This document shows, in pieces, positions 50,483 through 58,654 of a DNA stretch of 64,000 nt. The stretch is from Sphingomonas sp. GTDB lineage: Bacteria > Pseudomonadota > Alphaproteobacteria > Sphingomonadales > Sphingomonadaceae. The translations under genes were made by a program, and so were the position numbers. The first letter of the stretch is position 1. The number at the start of each line of letters is the position of its first letter. A model generated the notes under the pieces. The model saw only the letters and a program-made list of their open reading frames with translations. It was not told where the DNA came from and did not search any database. The stretch is from assembly GCF_024508665.1 (NCBI RefSeq), contig NZ_JANINP010000002.1, positions 36,598-100,597 on the forward strand. Reading direction: 5' to 3'.

Positions 50483-50584
50483 TATTTCGATCGTCCCCGC
50501 AAAGCCGCTGTCCAGCCCTCTCCGATACCGGCCCCGGAAGGCCCCGACTAGCCGTCACCGCATCGCAAAGAACGGAGGCGAACG

Positions 50585-51775
50585 ATGGAACGGCATTATG
50601 GAATGGACTGGCTGAGGATCGGCGCGTTCGCGCTCCTGATCTTCTATCATATCGGCATGGTCTTCGTGCCCTGGGACTTCCACATCAAGACCGCGCAGCC
50701 GATGGATTGGGTTGAGATCCCGATGCTGCTGACCAATCCCTGGCGGCTGACTTTGCTGTTTGTGGTGTCGGGCTATGCCAGCCGCGCGTTGCTGTCCAAA
50801 TCGACCGGGATTGGCGGCTTCCTGAAGAACCGCACGTCGCGGCTGCTGATCCCGCTGATCTTCGGCATTGCGGTAATCGTCCCACCACAGACCTGGGTCG
50901 AGCTGGTCGGGAAGCACGGATATGGCCAATCCTATTTCTGGTTCCTGGCCCATGATTATTTCCGCTTCGGCAAGCTCGACGGCATCGTCATGCCGACCTG
51001 GAACCACCTGTGGTTCGTGACCTATCTGTGGGTCTATACGCTCGCCCTCGTGCTGATCACGCTTATGCCCGGCGCGGACCGGCTGCAGGCGACGTTCGAT
51101 CGCGTATTCGGTGGCGGCCGGGCGGTGGTGCTGCCGGTGATCTTCCTGCTGATCACCCAATTCTGGCTTTTCCCGCACCAGGAAGAGACGCACGATCTGT
51201 TCGGCGACGGGCCGGCGCATCTGCAATATTTCCCCGCTTTGCTGTTCGGCTTCGGCCTCGCCGGTTCGCGCGCTGTACGCGACGGCCTCGCGCGCTGGTG
51301 GGTGGCATCGGTCGCGACCGCCGTCGCCTGCTATGCGGTGATCGCCGGACTGCTGGTTGCCTATCCCGATTTCAGCTTTCCGAGCCACAACGTGACGATC
51401 GTCTTCCGTCTGGCGCGCGAGATCGACACCTGGATCGCGATCGCCGCGCTGATCGGCATCGCCGAGCGCTTCCTCAACCGCGACCATCGCTGGCGCTCGA
51501 CGCTCGCGGAAGCGACCTTCCCCTTCTACATCATCCACCAGACGGTGATCATCCTGGTCGAATTCTGCATCAAACCGCTCGGATTGGGGGCGGCAACCGA
51601 GTTCGCGATCCTGGTCCCGGCGACGATCGCGGGATGCTGGGCCTTCTATCTTGTTGGGCGCGAGATCGACCTGTTGCGCCCGCTGATCGGCCTGAGGGCG
51701 CGTGGGCAGGCCGCCAAGCCGTCGGTGTCGGCTGGCTGGATCGAGGACGTCCGGGCGCGGCCCGACGTCGCCTGA
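50585..51775 (+). CDS. acyltransferase-3 family protein (OpgC/MdoC-like), paralog 2
   Basis: MERHYGMDWLR, WRLTLLFVVSG, HLWFVTYL, FPFYIIHQT. Confidence 0.92.
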   Translation: MERHYGMDWLRIGAFALLIFYHIGMVFVPWDFHIKTAQPMDWVEIPMLLTNPWRLTLLFVVSGYASRALLSKSTGIGGFLKNRTSRLLIPLIFGIAVIVPPQTWVELVGKHGYGQSYFWFLAHDYFRFGKLDGIVMPTWNHLWFVTYLWVYTLALVLITLMPGADRLQATFDRVFGGGRAVVLPVIFLLITQFWLFPHQEETHDLFGDGPAHLQYFPALLFGFGLAGSRAVRDGLARWWVASVATAVACYAVIAGLLVAYPDFSFPSHNVTIVFRLAREIDTWIAIAALIGIAERFLNRDHRWRSTLAEATFPFYIIHQTVIILVEFCIKPLGLGAATEFAILVPATIAGCWAFYLVGREIDLLRPLIGLRARGQAAKPSVSAGWIEDVRARPDVA

Positions 51776-51804
51776 GCCCTTTCTACCCGCATCGGGGAAC
51801 TACG

Positions 51805-51834
51805 GAGGGCGCGATGGGTAGTCATCGCGCCCTC
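51805..51834 (+). promoter_or_regulatory. perfect 12-bp hairpin covering an RBS and ATG upstream of acyltransferase 3
   Basis: GAGGGCGCGATG-GGTAGT-CATCGCGCCCTC. Confidence 0.5.
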
Positions 51835-51853
51835 AATCGCTACATGGACTGGC

Positions 51854-53077
51854 ATGGCACGTCATTACGGCATGGATTGGCTGCGCGTCGGCGCCTTTGC
51901 CCTGCTGATTCTCTACCACACGGCGATGGTCTTCACGCCCTGGGGCTTTCACGTGAAGACCGCCCAGCCGGTCGAGTGGCTGTCGGTGTTGATGCTGGTA
52001 ACCAACCCCTGGCGCCTGACCCTGCTGTTCGTCGTATCGGGCTATGCCAGCCGGGCGCTGCTGGCCAAGTCCAGCGGCGTCGCGAAATTCCTGTCGAGCC
52101 GCAGCAGCCGCCTGCTGATCCCGCTGCTATTCGGCATGGTCGTGATGGTGCCGCCGCAAAGCTGGGTCGAGGTGACGACGCAGCATGGCTACACCCAGGG
52201 GTTCGGCCATTTCCTGACGCACGACTATTTCCGCTTCCGCGCGATCGACGGTGTGTTCCTGCCGACCTGGAACCATTTGTGGTTCGTGGCCTATCTGTGG
52301 ACCTATACCGCCGCGCTGTCGCTGCTTCTGCTGGTTCCCAGACCAGAGCGGCTGCAGGCATGGTTCGACGCGATCTTCAGCGGCTGGCGCGCGGTGATAC
52401 TGCCGATCGTCTATCTGGTGCTGAGCCAGGTCGTCATCTTCCACCGCTGGAGCGACAGCCAGGATCTGATCAACGACGGTGTCGCGCACCTCGCCTATTT
52501 CCCCGCTTTCCTGTTCGGCTTCGGGCTCGCGCGGTCGCCGCGCGTGCTCGCATCGTTCGTGCGCTGGTGGAAACCCGCGGCGGTGCTCGCGGTGCTGAGC
52601 TACGCGTTCGGCGCGGCCATAGAAATCGCTTATCCCGGCGACCTCTTCCCGCCACAATGGCTAGGCGATCTGATGCTGGTCGCGCACCAACTCCAATGCT
52701 GGGCCGCGGTCGCGGCGCTGATCGGCATCGCCGAGCGGTTCTGGAATCGTGACGGCGCATGGCGCCCGACGCTGACCGAGGCGGTGTTCCCCTTCTACCT
52801 GATCCATCAGACGATCATCGTCGTGGCCGAATACTGGCTCCGTCCCTTGGGAATCGGCGCGCTGGGCGAATTCCTGATCCTGGTTCCGACGACGGTCGCG
52901 GGCTGCTGGGCCTTTTACCTGATCGGACGTGAAGTGAATTGGCTGCGGCCGCTGATCGGATTGCGGCGGCGCAGCACCAAGGCTACCGCTCGGCGCGATG
53001 ACGACACCCCCAAGACCCTGGTCGCTGGTGATCCATGGCGGCGCCGGCGCGATAACGCGCAGCCAGACCCGGCCTGA
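51854..53077 (+). CDS. acyltransferase-3 family protein (OpgC/MdoC-like), paralog 3
   Basis: [39 protein letters not shown]; the tail overlaps the next gene by 80 nt. Confidence 0.92.
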   Translation: MARHYGMDWLRVGAFALLILYHTAMVFTPWGFHVKTAQPVEWLSVLMLVTNPWRLTLLFVVSGYASRALLAKSSGVAKFLSSRSSRLLIPLLFGMVVMVPPQSWVEVTTQHGYTQGFGHFLTHDYFRFRAIDGVFLPTWNHLWFVAYLWTYTAALSLLLLVPRPERLQAWFDAIFSGWRAVILPIVYLVLSQVVIFHRWSDSQDLINDGVAHLAYFPAFLFGFGLARSPRVLASFVRWWKPAAVLAVLSYAFGAAIEIAYPGDLFPPQWLGDLMLVAHQLQCWAAVAALIGIAERFWNRDGAWRPTLTEAVFPFYLIHQTIIVVAEYWLRPLGIGALGEFLILVPTTVAGCWAFYLIGREVNWLRPLIGLRRRSTKATARRDDDTPKTLVAGDPWRRRRDNAQPDPA

Positions 53078-53930
53078 GACCGATACGGGCGTTCGCGCCG
53101 CGCTGAATGCCGCGCTCGACGCGGGCGGCGCGATCCTAGCGGCGGGCGGTACCTCGCTCGACGCGGTCGAGGCGGCGGTCCGCGTGCTCGAGGACGATCC
53201 GCATTTCAATGCCGGCCGCGGCTCGGCCTTCACCTACGAAGGCAAGAACGAACTCGACGCGGCGATCATGGAAGGAGCGACGCTGCGCGCCGGATCGGTC
53301 GCCGGCGTCACCACGACGAAGAACCCCGTGACCCTGGCTCGCGTGGTGATGGAGCAGAGCGCGCACGTCCTGCTTGGCCGCGAAGGCGCCGATGCGTTCA
53401 GCCGCGAGCACGGGCTCGACCAGGCCGATGCCGATTGGTTCGCGACTCCCGAACGGCGGCGCCAGCTCGAGGAATTGCTGTCGAACGGCGGTAAGTTCGA
53501 CGTCGACATGAAATACGGCACGGTCGGCGCGGTAGCGGTCGACCAGGCCGGGCATATCGCCGCGGCGACCTCGACCGGCGGGGTAACCGGCAAGCGCTGG
53601 GGACGGATCGGCGATTCGCCGTTGATCGGTGCCGGCACCTATGCAGACGATCGCGGCGCCGCCGTCTCCTGCACCGGCGCGGGCGAGTTCTTCATCCGCG
53701 AAAGCGTCGCCTTCCAGATCAACGCCCGCGTCCGATTCCTGGGCGAAAGCCTGCAACAGGCCGCGGATACCGTGATTGCCGAGGTAAAGGCGCTGGGCGG
53801 CACCGGCGGCGTCATCGTGACCGCGGCCGACGGCGAAATGGCCTGGAGCTTCACCACCGCGAGCATGTATCGCGGTTGTGCGGCGTGGGATGGGAGGCGC
53901 AAGGTCGCATTGTATGAGGATGAGGGATAG
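52998..53930 (+). CDS. isoaspartyl peptidase / L-asparaginase (Ntn hydrolase)
   Basis: LVIHGGAG, FNAGRGS, ELDAAIMEG, GTVGAVA, ATSTGG, GRIGDSPLIGAGTYA. Confidence 0.95.
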   Translation: MTTPPRPWSLVIHGGAGAITRSQTRPETDTGVRAALNAALDAGGAILAAGGTSLDAVEAAVRVLEDDPHFNAGRGSAFTYEGKNELDAAIMEGATLRAGSVAGVTTTKNPVTLARVVMEQSAHVLLGREGADAFSREHGLDQADADWFATPERRRQLEELLSNGGKFDVDMKYGTVGAVAVDQAGHIAAATSTGGVTGKRWGRIGDSPLIGAGTYADDRGAAVSCTGAGEFFIRESVAFQINARVRFLGESLQQAADTVIAEVKALGGTGGVIVTAADGEMAWSFTTASMYRGCAAWDGRRKVALYEDEG

Positions 53931-53941
53931 ATTTCTTCAGT

Positions 53942-54032
53942 CGTCATGCCGGGCTTGTCCCGGCATCCACCGCGCATCCACGTCTCAGCTCGGTTGTGGA
54001 GGAGTGGACCCCGGCACAAGGCCGGGGTGACG
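53942..54032. repeat. CGTC-tagged REP doublet
   Basis: Left arm 53942-53969 is identical to 12372-12399; right arm TGGACCCCGGCACAAGGCCGGGGTGACG at 54005-54032. Confidence 0.9.
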
Positions 54033-54102
54033 CTCGTTAGAGGGCGCGCCATCCCCTCCATTTCAGTTGGAAGCGCCCGCCCTCCGGCCTAAGGCAACAT
54101 GC

Positions 54103-54963
54103 ATGAAGCGCCTCCTCCCCGTCGCCGCCGCACTCGCCGCGCTCGTCTTCGCCTCCCCCGCCAACGCCTATTGGGAATATGGCCATCAAACGGTCGCCGA
54201 GATCGCCTGGGCCAACATCACGCCCAAGGCACGGCGCGAGATCACGCGATTGCTACGCCAGCAGAAACTGCTCGGCACGCCCCAATGCAAGGCAGGCACG
54301 ATCGACGACGCGGCGATCTGGGCCGATTGCATCAAGGGGATCAAGGACGAGAACGGCAAGCAGAAGTTCGGCTATACCAGTGCCTGGCATTATCAGGATG
54401 TCGACATCTGCTCGCCGTTCGACGTCGACAGCGTCTGCAAGAACGGCGATTGCGTCTCGGCGCAGATCGTCCGCGACGTGAAGCTTCTGAAGGATCGCCG
54501 CACGCCGACCAAGCAGCGCCTCGAGGCGCTCGTCTTCCTGATCCACTTCGTCGGTGACCTTCACCAGCCGCTCCATGCCGGCGAGAAAGGCGACAAGGGC
54601 GGCAACGACGTGAAGGCCGAATACGGCACCTATGCCGCCAGCCGGCTCAACCTCCATTCGATCTGGGACGGCTATCTGGCCGAGCGCGCCATCTCGACCG
54701 GCCCCAGCCTGGTGCGTCGCTATTCGCTCGCCCAGCGCAAGCGGATCGCAGCGGGCAATGTCCTCGACTGGAGCCGGGAGAGCTGGGCGGTGGCGCGCGA
54801 CGTCACCTACAAGACCGCGATCGGCGGCGATCCCTGCGGCCCGACGCCGACCAAGGTGAGACTGGACAATGAGACGATCGCTTCGCTGGTCCCGACGGTG
54901 CGACTGGAAGTCGAACGAGGCGGGCTGCGGTTGGCGAAACTGCTGAATCAGGCCATCGGCTGA
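54103..54963 (+). CDS. S1/P1 nuclease (secreted)
   Basis: Signal peptide then YW..GH..VA.IA, WAD, WHY.D, FLIHFVGDLHQPLH, NLHSIWD. Confidence 0.94.
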   Translation: MKRLLPVAAALAALVFASPANAYWEYGHQTVAEIAWANITPKARREITRLLRQQKLLGTPQCKAGTIDDAAIWADCIKGIKDENGKQKFGYTSAWHYQDVDICSPFDVDSVCKNGDCVSAQIVRDVKLLKDRRTPTKQRLEALVFLIHFVGDLHQPLHAGEKGDKGGNDVKAEYGTYAASRLNLHSIWDGYLAERAISTGPSLVRRYSLAQRKRIAAGNVLDWSRESWAVARDVTYKTAIGGDPCGPTPTKVRLDNETIASLVPTVRLEVERGGLRLAKLLNQAIG

Positions 54964-54968
54964 CGGCG

Positions 54969-55907
54969 CTACTTCCGGACGAACGCGGCAATCGCTTCGG
55001 GCACGGCAGGCGAGATTGCCAGATCGGCATTGCCGTAGGTCGCGGCATTTGCCGCCCGGTCATCGCCATCCACCGGTTTGAGCACGTGATTCACCCCGGG
55101 CAGCAGCTTGAGCGTCGCGGCGGGCTGGCCGCGCTTGAGCAACTCGGCGTCGGTCACCGCCACCTGAAGGTCCTTGTCGCCCTGAAGGATCAACACCGGC
55201 AGCTTGATCGCACCGGCCAGCTTCGCCGGATCGTAGGAGAATGCCTCGATCAGGAAGCCTTGCACGTTGTCGCGAAACAAGGGCTGGAGAGGTGCCGGCA
55301 GGGTCGCGCCATCGACTCGCTTGCCCGCCTCAAGTTGGTCGAGCGCCGCCTCGCCCGCTGCCAGCAGCGGCGCGTTGGCGGGGTTGGCGCGGAGTTGGGC
55401 ACGGATCACCTCGCCATAAGGCCGCCCCGCGCCCGAGACGAGGATCACGCCGCAAATGCCCTTGGGATCCTGCGCCGCCTTGAGGGCAACAAGCGAGCCC
55501 TCGCTATGCCCGAGCAGCCAGACGCATTTGCGGCCGGTTTTCGCGCGCAGCATATCGACCCAGGCATGCGCGTCCGCGGCATAGGCCGCGATCGTAACAT
55601 CGTTCGCGTCAGCGATGGCGCCCTTGCTGCCGAACATGCCGCGCTTGTCGATGCGGAGCGTCGCGATGCCCTTGGCGGACAGGCCTTCGGCAAGCTGCCG
55701 ATACACGCCGCCCTTCACGCCGAGCGGATTGTTGCCGTCGCGATCGGTCGGGCCGGAGCCTGGGATGATCAATATAGCAGGAGCGGTCTTGCCTGGATCG
55801 ATCAGCGTACCGGCAAGCGGACCCTGCGGTCCTGGAACGGTGACTTCGACGCCGGCGGGCGTCGCCGCGGCGGCAAGCATTGCGGAGAGCAGCATCGACC
55901 GGATCAT
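54969..55907 (-). CDS. exported alpha/beta hydrolase
   Basis: IIPGSGPTDRDGN, LRIDKRG, LLGHSEG, LQGDKDLQV, GVNHVLK. Confidence 0.93.
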   Translation of the reverse strand: MIRSMLLSAMLAAAATPAGVEVTVPGPQGPLAGTLIDPGKTAPAILIIPGSGPTDRDGNNPLGVKGGVYRQLAEGLSAKGIATLRIDKRGMFGSKGAIADANDVTIAAYAADAHAWVDMLRAKTGRKCVWLLGHSEGSLVALKAAQDPKGICGVILVSGAGRPYGEVIRAQLRANPANAPLLAAGEAALDQLEAGKRVDGATLPAPLQPLFRDNVQGFLIEAFSYDPAKLAGAIKLPVLILQGDKDLQVAVTDAELLKRGQPAATLKLLPGVNHVLKPVDGDDRAANAATYGNADLAISPAVPEAIAAFVRK

Positions 55908-55908
55908 C

Positions 55909-56154
55909 CTATTCCTCCCCTTTCCAGCGCCATTTCCAGCCGCCTTGCGTATGCTGGGCGCAAATCACCATGAACGCAGCGGTCAACGGAATGATGACGC
56001 CGGCCGCGATTCCCGGGTGCCGCGGCACCAGGGTCATCGCCGCGACGATCACCGCCGCCGAATAGCCGATCGTAACCGCCCATCCCTGCCAGGTGATCGG
56101 CAAGCCGGTGCCCACACCGAGCTTCTTCGGCGCGAACCAATCGCCCTCGCTCAT
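55909..56154 (-). CDS. small 2-TM membrane protein (81 aa)
   Basis: WFAPKKLG.G.GLPITWQGW, two hydrophobic helices, W.WRW end; stop lies 1 nt before the hydrolase ATG. Confidence 0.85.
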   Translation of the reverse strand: MSEGDWFAPKKLGVGTGLPITWQGWAVTIGYSAAVIVAAMTLVPRHPGIAAGVIIPLTAAFMVICAQHTQGGWKWRWKGEE

Positions 56155-56246
56155 GCCAGCACCATCGCGATGCCGATGCCGAGGGCCAGAACCGACAGCG
56201 CCAGCAGGATCGGCAGCCGCTCGCGGCTCGTCATCAATCCGATCAT
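56151..56246 (-). CDS. 31-aa single-TM microprotein (not called as a separate ORF in the track)
   Basis: MIGLMTSRERLPILLALSVLALGIGIAMVLA; ATGA overlaps at both ends (with the RHH stop and the 81-aa start). Confidence 0.65.
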   Translation of the reverse strand: MIGLMTSRERLPILLALSVLALGIGIAMVLA

Positions 56247-56452
56247 TCCTGATCTCCTTGCTTGGGCGGACGGCCGCGCTTTGCCCGCACCGGATCCGCC
56301 AGCTTCACCCCGCGCCGCGCGAGCGCCTCGCGCAGCAGGCATTCGACCTGGGCGTTGACGCTCCTCAGGTCGCTCGCCGCGGCGCGCTCGATCGCCGCGT
56401 AAAGCGCGGGATCGAGGCGCAACGGAAACGCCTTTTTGGGAGGAGCGCCCAT
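56243..56452 (-). CDS. ribbon-helix-helix (Arc-like) DNA-binding protein
   Basis: KKAFPLRLDP.LYAAIER.AA.DLRSVNAQVE.LL.EAL. Confidence 0.92.
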   Translation of the reverse strand: MGAPPKKAFPLRLDPALYAAIERAAASDLRSVNAQVECLLREALARRGVKLADPVRAKRGRPPKQGDQE

Positions 56453-56460
56453 CGTATCGC

Positions 56461-57363
56461 CTATTGGTAGAGCGAACCTGCGTTGACGACCGGCTGGGTG
56501 TCACGCTCGCCGCACAATACGACCATCAGGTTCGAAACCATCGCCGCGCGACGCTCGTCGTCGAGTTCGACCACGCCTTTCTGGCTCAATTGGTCGAGCG
56601 CCATTTCGACCATGCCGACCGCACCCTCGACCAGGGTCTGGCGCGCGGCGACTACCGCTTGGGCCTGTTGCCGACGAAGCATCGCGCCTGCGATCTCCTG
56701 GGCATAGGCCAGATGGGTGAAGCCGCATTCGTCGACGGTGATCCCTGCCATGGCTAGCCGAGCGATCAGTTCCTGGCGGAGTTCGACACCCACCTGATCG
56801 TGGTTGCCGCGCAGCGTCACTTCCTGGTGCGCGAAATCGTCATAAGGGTAGCGCGATCCGATCGTGCGCACCGCCGCCTCGATCTGGACCATCACGAACG
56901 CCTTGTAATCGTCGACGTCGAACAAGGCCTGGGCGGTGTCGGTCACGCGCCATACCACCTGTGCCGCGATCTCGATCGGGTTGCCGCGCAGGTCGTTGAC
57001 CTTGATCTTGTCCGAAATGATGTTGTTGGCGCGGACCGAGATTTTCTTGCGGCCCAGCCAGGGCAGCAGCCAGCGCAGGCCGGTATTGCGATCGGTGCCC
57101 TGATAGCTGCCGAACAGGGTGACTGCGACCGCCTGATTGGGCTGGAGCATGTAGAAGCCGCACAGCACGAAGGCGAAGACGATCGTCCCGCCGACGATCA
57201 GCGATGCGCCGAGCGCGGGATCGGTATCGACCCTCGACCCGCCATAGATCGCCGCCGCCAAGGCGATCAGCAACACGAGCAGCATCAGGTAACCGCTCGA
57301 CGTTGTCGCCGGACGTTCGCGCGACAAAGTCAGGGCGGCACCATTTCCATTCGAATCCGACAT
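56461..57363 (-). CDS. SPFH/band 7 domain membrane protein
   Basis: Two TM; [49 protein letters not shown]. Confidence 0.94.
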   Translation of the reverse strand: MSDSNGNGAALTLSRERPATTSSGYLMLLVLLIALAAAIYGGSRVDTDPALGASLIVGGTIVFAFVLCGFYMLQPNQAVAVTLFGSYQGTDRNTGLRWLLPWLGRKKISVRANNIISDKIKVNDLRGNPIEIAAQVVWRVTDTAQALFDVDDYKAFVMVQIEAAVRTIGSRYPYDDFAHQEVTLRGNHDQVGVELRQELIARLAMAGITVDECGFTHLAYAQEIAGAMLRRQQAQAVVAARQTLVEGAVGMVEMALDQLSQKGVVELDDERRAAMVSNLMVVLCGERDTQPVVNAGSLYQ

Positions 57364-57381
57364 CGGACCCTCCCGTTAATT

Positions 57382-57419
57382 ATGATATCATCATTATATC
57401 GTTGTCGAGCGAGTCGCAA
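57382..57419 (-). promoter_or_regulatory. promoter (TATAAT at 57398-57393) with ATGATATCAT palindrome, candidate RHH operator
   Basis: Perfect 10-bp palindrome at 57382-57391 right after a perfect -10; TTGCGA lies 15 nt upstream of the -10 (spacing suboptimal). Confidence 0.6.
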
Positions 57420-57499
57420 GCGCATTCGGCAGGCAGGCGCCAACGGTTGGCAGCCACACAGGGCACCAACGCGCCGGCTTTGCGTTGGCCATTGCGATC

Positions 57500-58018
57500 A
57501 TGCCGAAGCTCAAGGTCTATCGCACCCCGATCGGATTTCACGACGCCTATGTCGCGGCGCCAAGCATGAAAGCCGCGCTCAGGGCTTGGGGAACGACCAA
57601 GGACCTGTTCTCTCGCGGCGCGGCGGAAGTGGTCACCGACGCGAAACTGACGAAGGAACCGCTCGCTAGGCCCGGAGAGGTGATCAAGCGGGCCCGCGGG
57701 ACGGTGGCGGAGCATCGCAAGGCCGCCCAGTCAAAGGACGGAGCGGCCAGCAAAGACAAGACCGCGCCCGAACCCAAACCGGCCAAGCGCCCGCCCCGGC
57801 CCAACCGCAAGCCGCTGGAAAAAGCCGAGCAGGCGCTGAGCGCCGCGCAGCAGCGGCATGAACGAGCCCTCGCCGACATCGATCATCGGCTGGATGCGTT
57901 GCAGGCCAAGCGGCGCGATCTGGCTAGGAAGCAGAAAAGCGAGGTCGCCGATCTGGAAGAGGAACTGGCCGCGCGAGAATCCGCCTATCGGCGCGCGCTG
58001 GATAAATGGGAGACGTGA
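57500..58018 (+). CDS. conserved hypothetical protein (N-terminal domain, K/A/P linker, coiled coil)
   Basis: MPKLKVYRTPIGFHDAYVAAPSMKAALRAWG..DLF..G.A; heptad C-terminus. Track start is 57485. Confidence 0.8.
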   Translation: MPKLKVYRTPIGFHDAYVAAPSMKAALRAWGTTKDLFSRGAAEVVTDAKLTKEPLARPGEVIKRARGTVAEHRKAAQSKDGAASKDKTAPEPKPAKRPPRPNRKPLEKAEQALSAAQQRHERALADIDHRLDALQAKRRDLARKQKSEVADLEEELAARESAYRRALDKWET

Positions 58019-58077
58019 CCACGAAGAAGGCCGGAGATCGCTCCCCGGCCTCGTTCGCGTGCGTCTGATCGATCGCC

Positions 58078-58587
58078 CTATTGCAGGACGATCGTCACCG
58101 CGCGGCGGTTCTGGGCCCAGCTTGCCTCGTCCGAGCCGAGCGCGATCGGACGCTCCTTGCCATAACTGATCGTGTTGATCCGCGAGGCGTTGACGCCGCG
58201 CGCGGCAAGATAGTTCTTGGCGGCGTTGGCGCGGCGATCGCCGAGCGCGAGGTTGTATTCGCGGGTGCCGCGTTCGTCGGCATGGCCTTCGATCGTGATG
58301 CGGCGGTCGGGCCATTTCATCAGCCAGGCGGCCTGGCTGTCGAGGATCGAGCGCGATGTCGCGTCGATATCGTACTGGTCGAGCGCGAAGTGGATCGTGT
58401 CGCTCATCACCGAGCGTTTGAAATCCTCGGCCGAGCCCGGGACGATCGATCCGGCATCGCCATTGCCAGTGGACCCCGACGGCTGTTCGCCCGCGGCCGG
58501 CGGCAGGACCGGGGGGCGCTTGTGGGCACAGCCTGCGGCCGCGACGAGTGTCGCGAGCAGGATCAGCTTGGTAGTCATGCGTGCCAT
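58078..58587 (-). CDS. pal: peptidoglycan-associated lipoprotein Pal
   Basis: Lipobox AAGC; IHFALDQY, IEGHADERGTREYNLALGDRRA, ISYGKERP, NRRAV. Confidence 0.98.
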   Translation of the reverse strand: MARMTTKLILLATLVAAAGCAHKRPPVLPPAAGEQPSGSTGNGDAGSIVPGSAEDFKRSVMSDTIHFALDQYDIDATSRSILDSQAAWLMKWPDRRITIEGHADERGTREYNLALGDRRANAAKNYLAARGVNASRINTISYGKERPIALGSDEASWAQNRRAVTIVLQ

Positions 58588-58654
58588 TGTTGGTTCTCCC
58601 TAACTTTTGGCTGTTGAATGCCTGGGGGGGCGTGTTCGGTCCGGATACGAAACG

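Noticed and set aside
52998-53077. 80-nt overlap of acyltransferase 3 with the asparaginase as a pseudogene or frameshift signal
   Set aside because: All conserved AT3 motifs end before the overlap and both genes look intact; most likely simple stop-codon drift.
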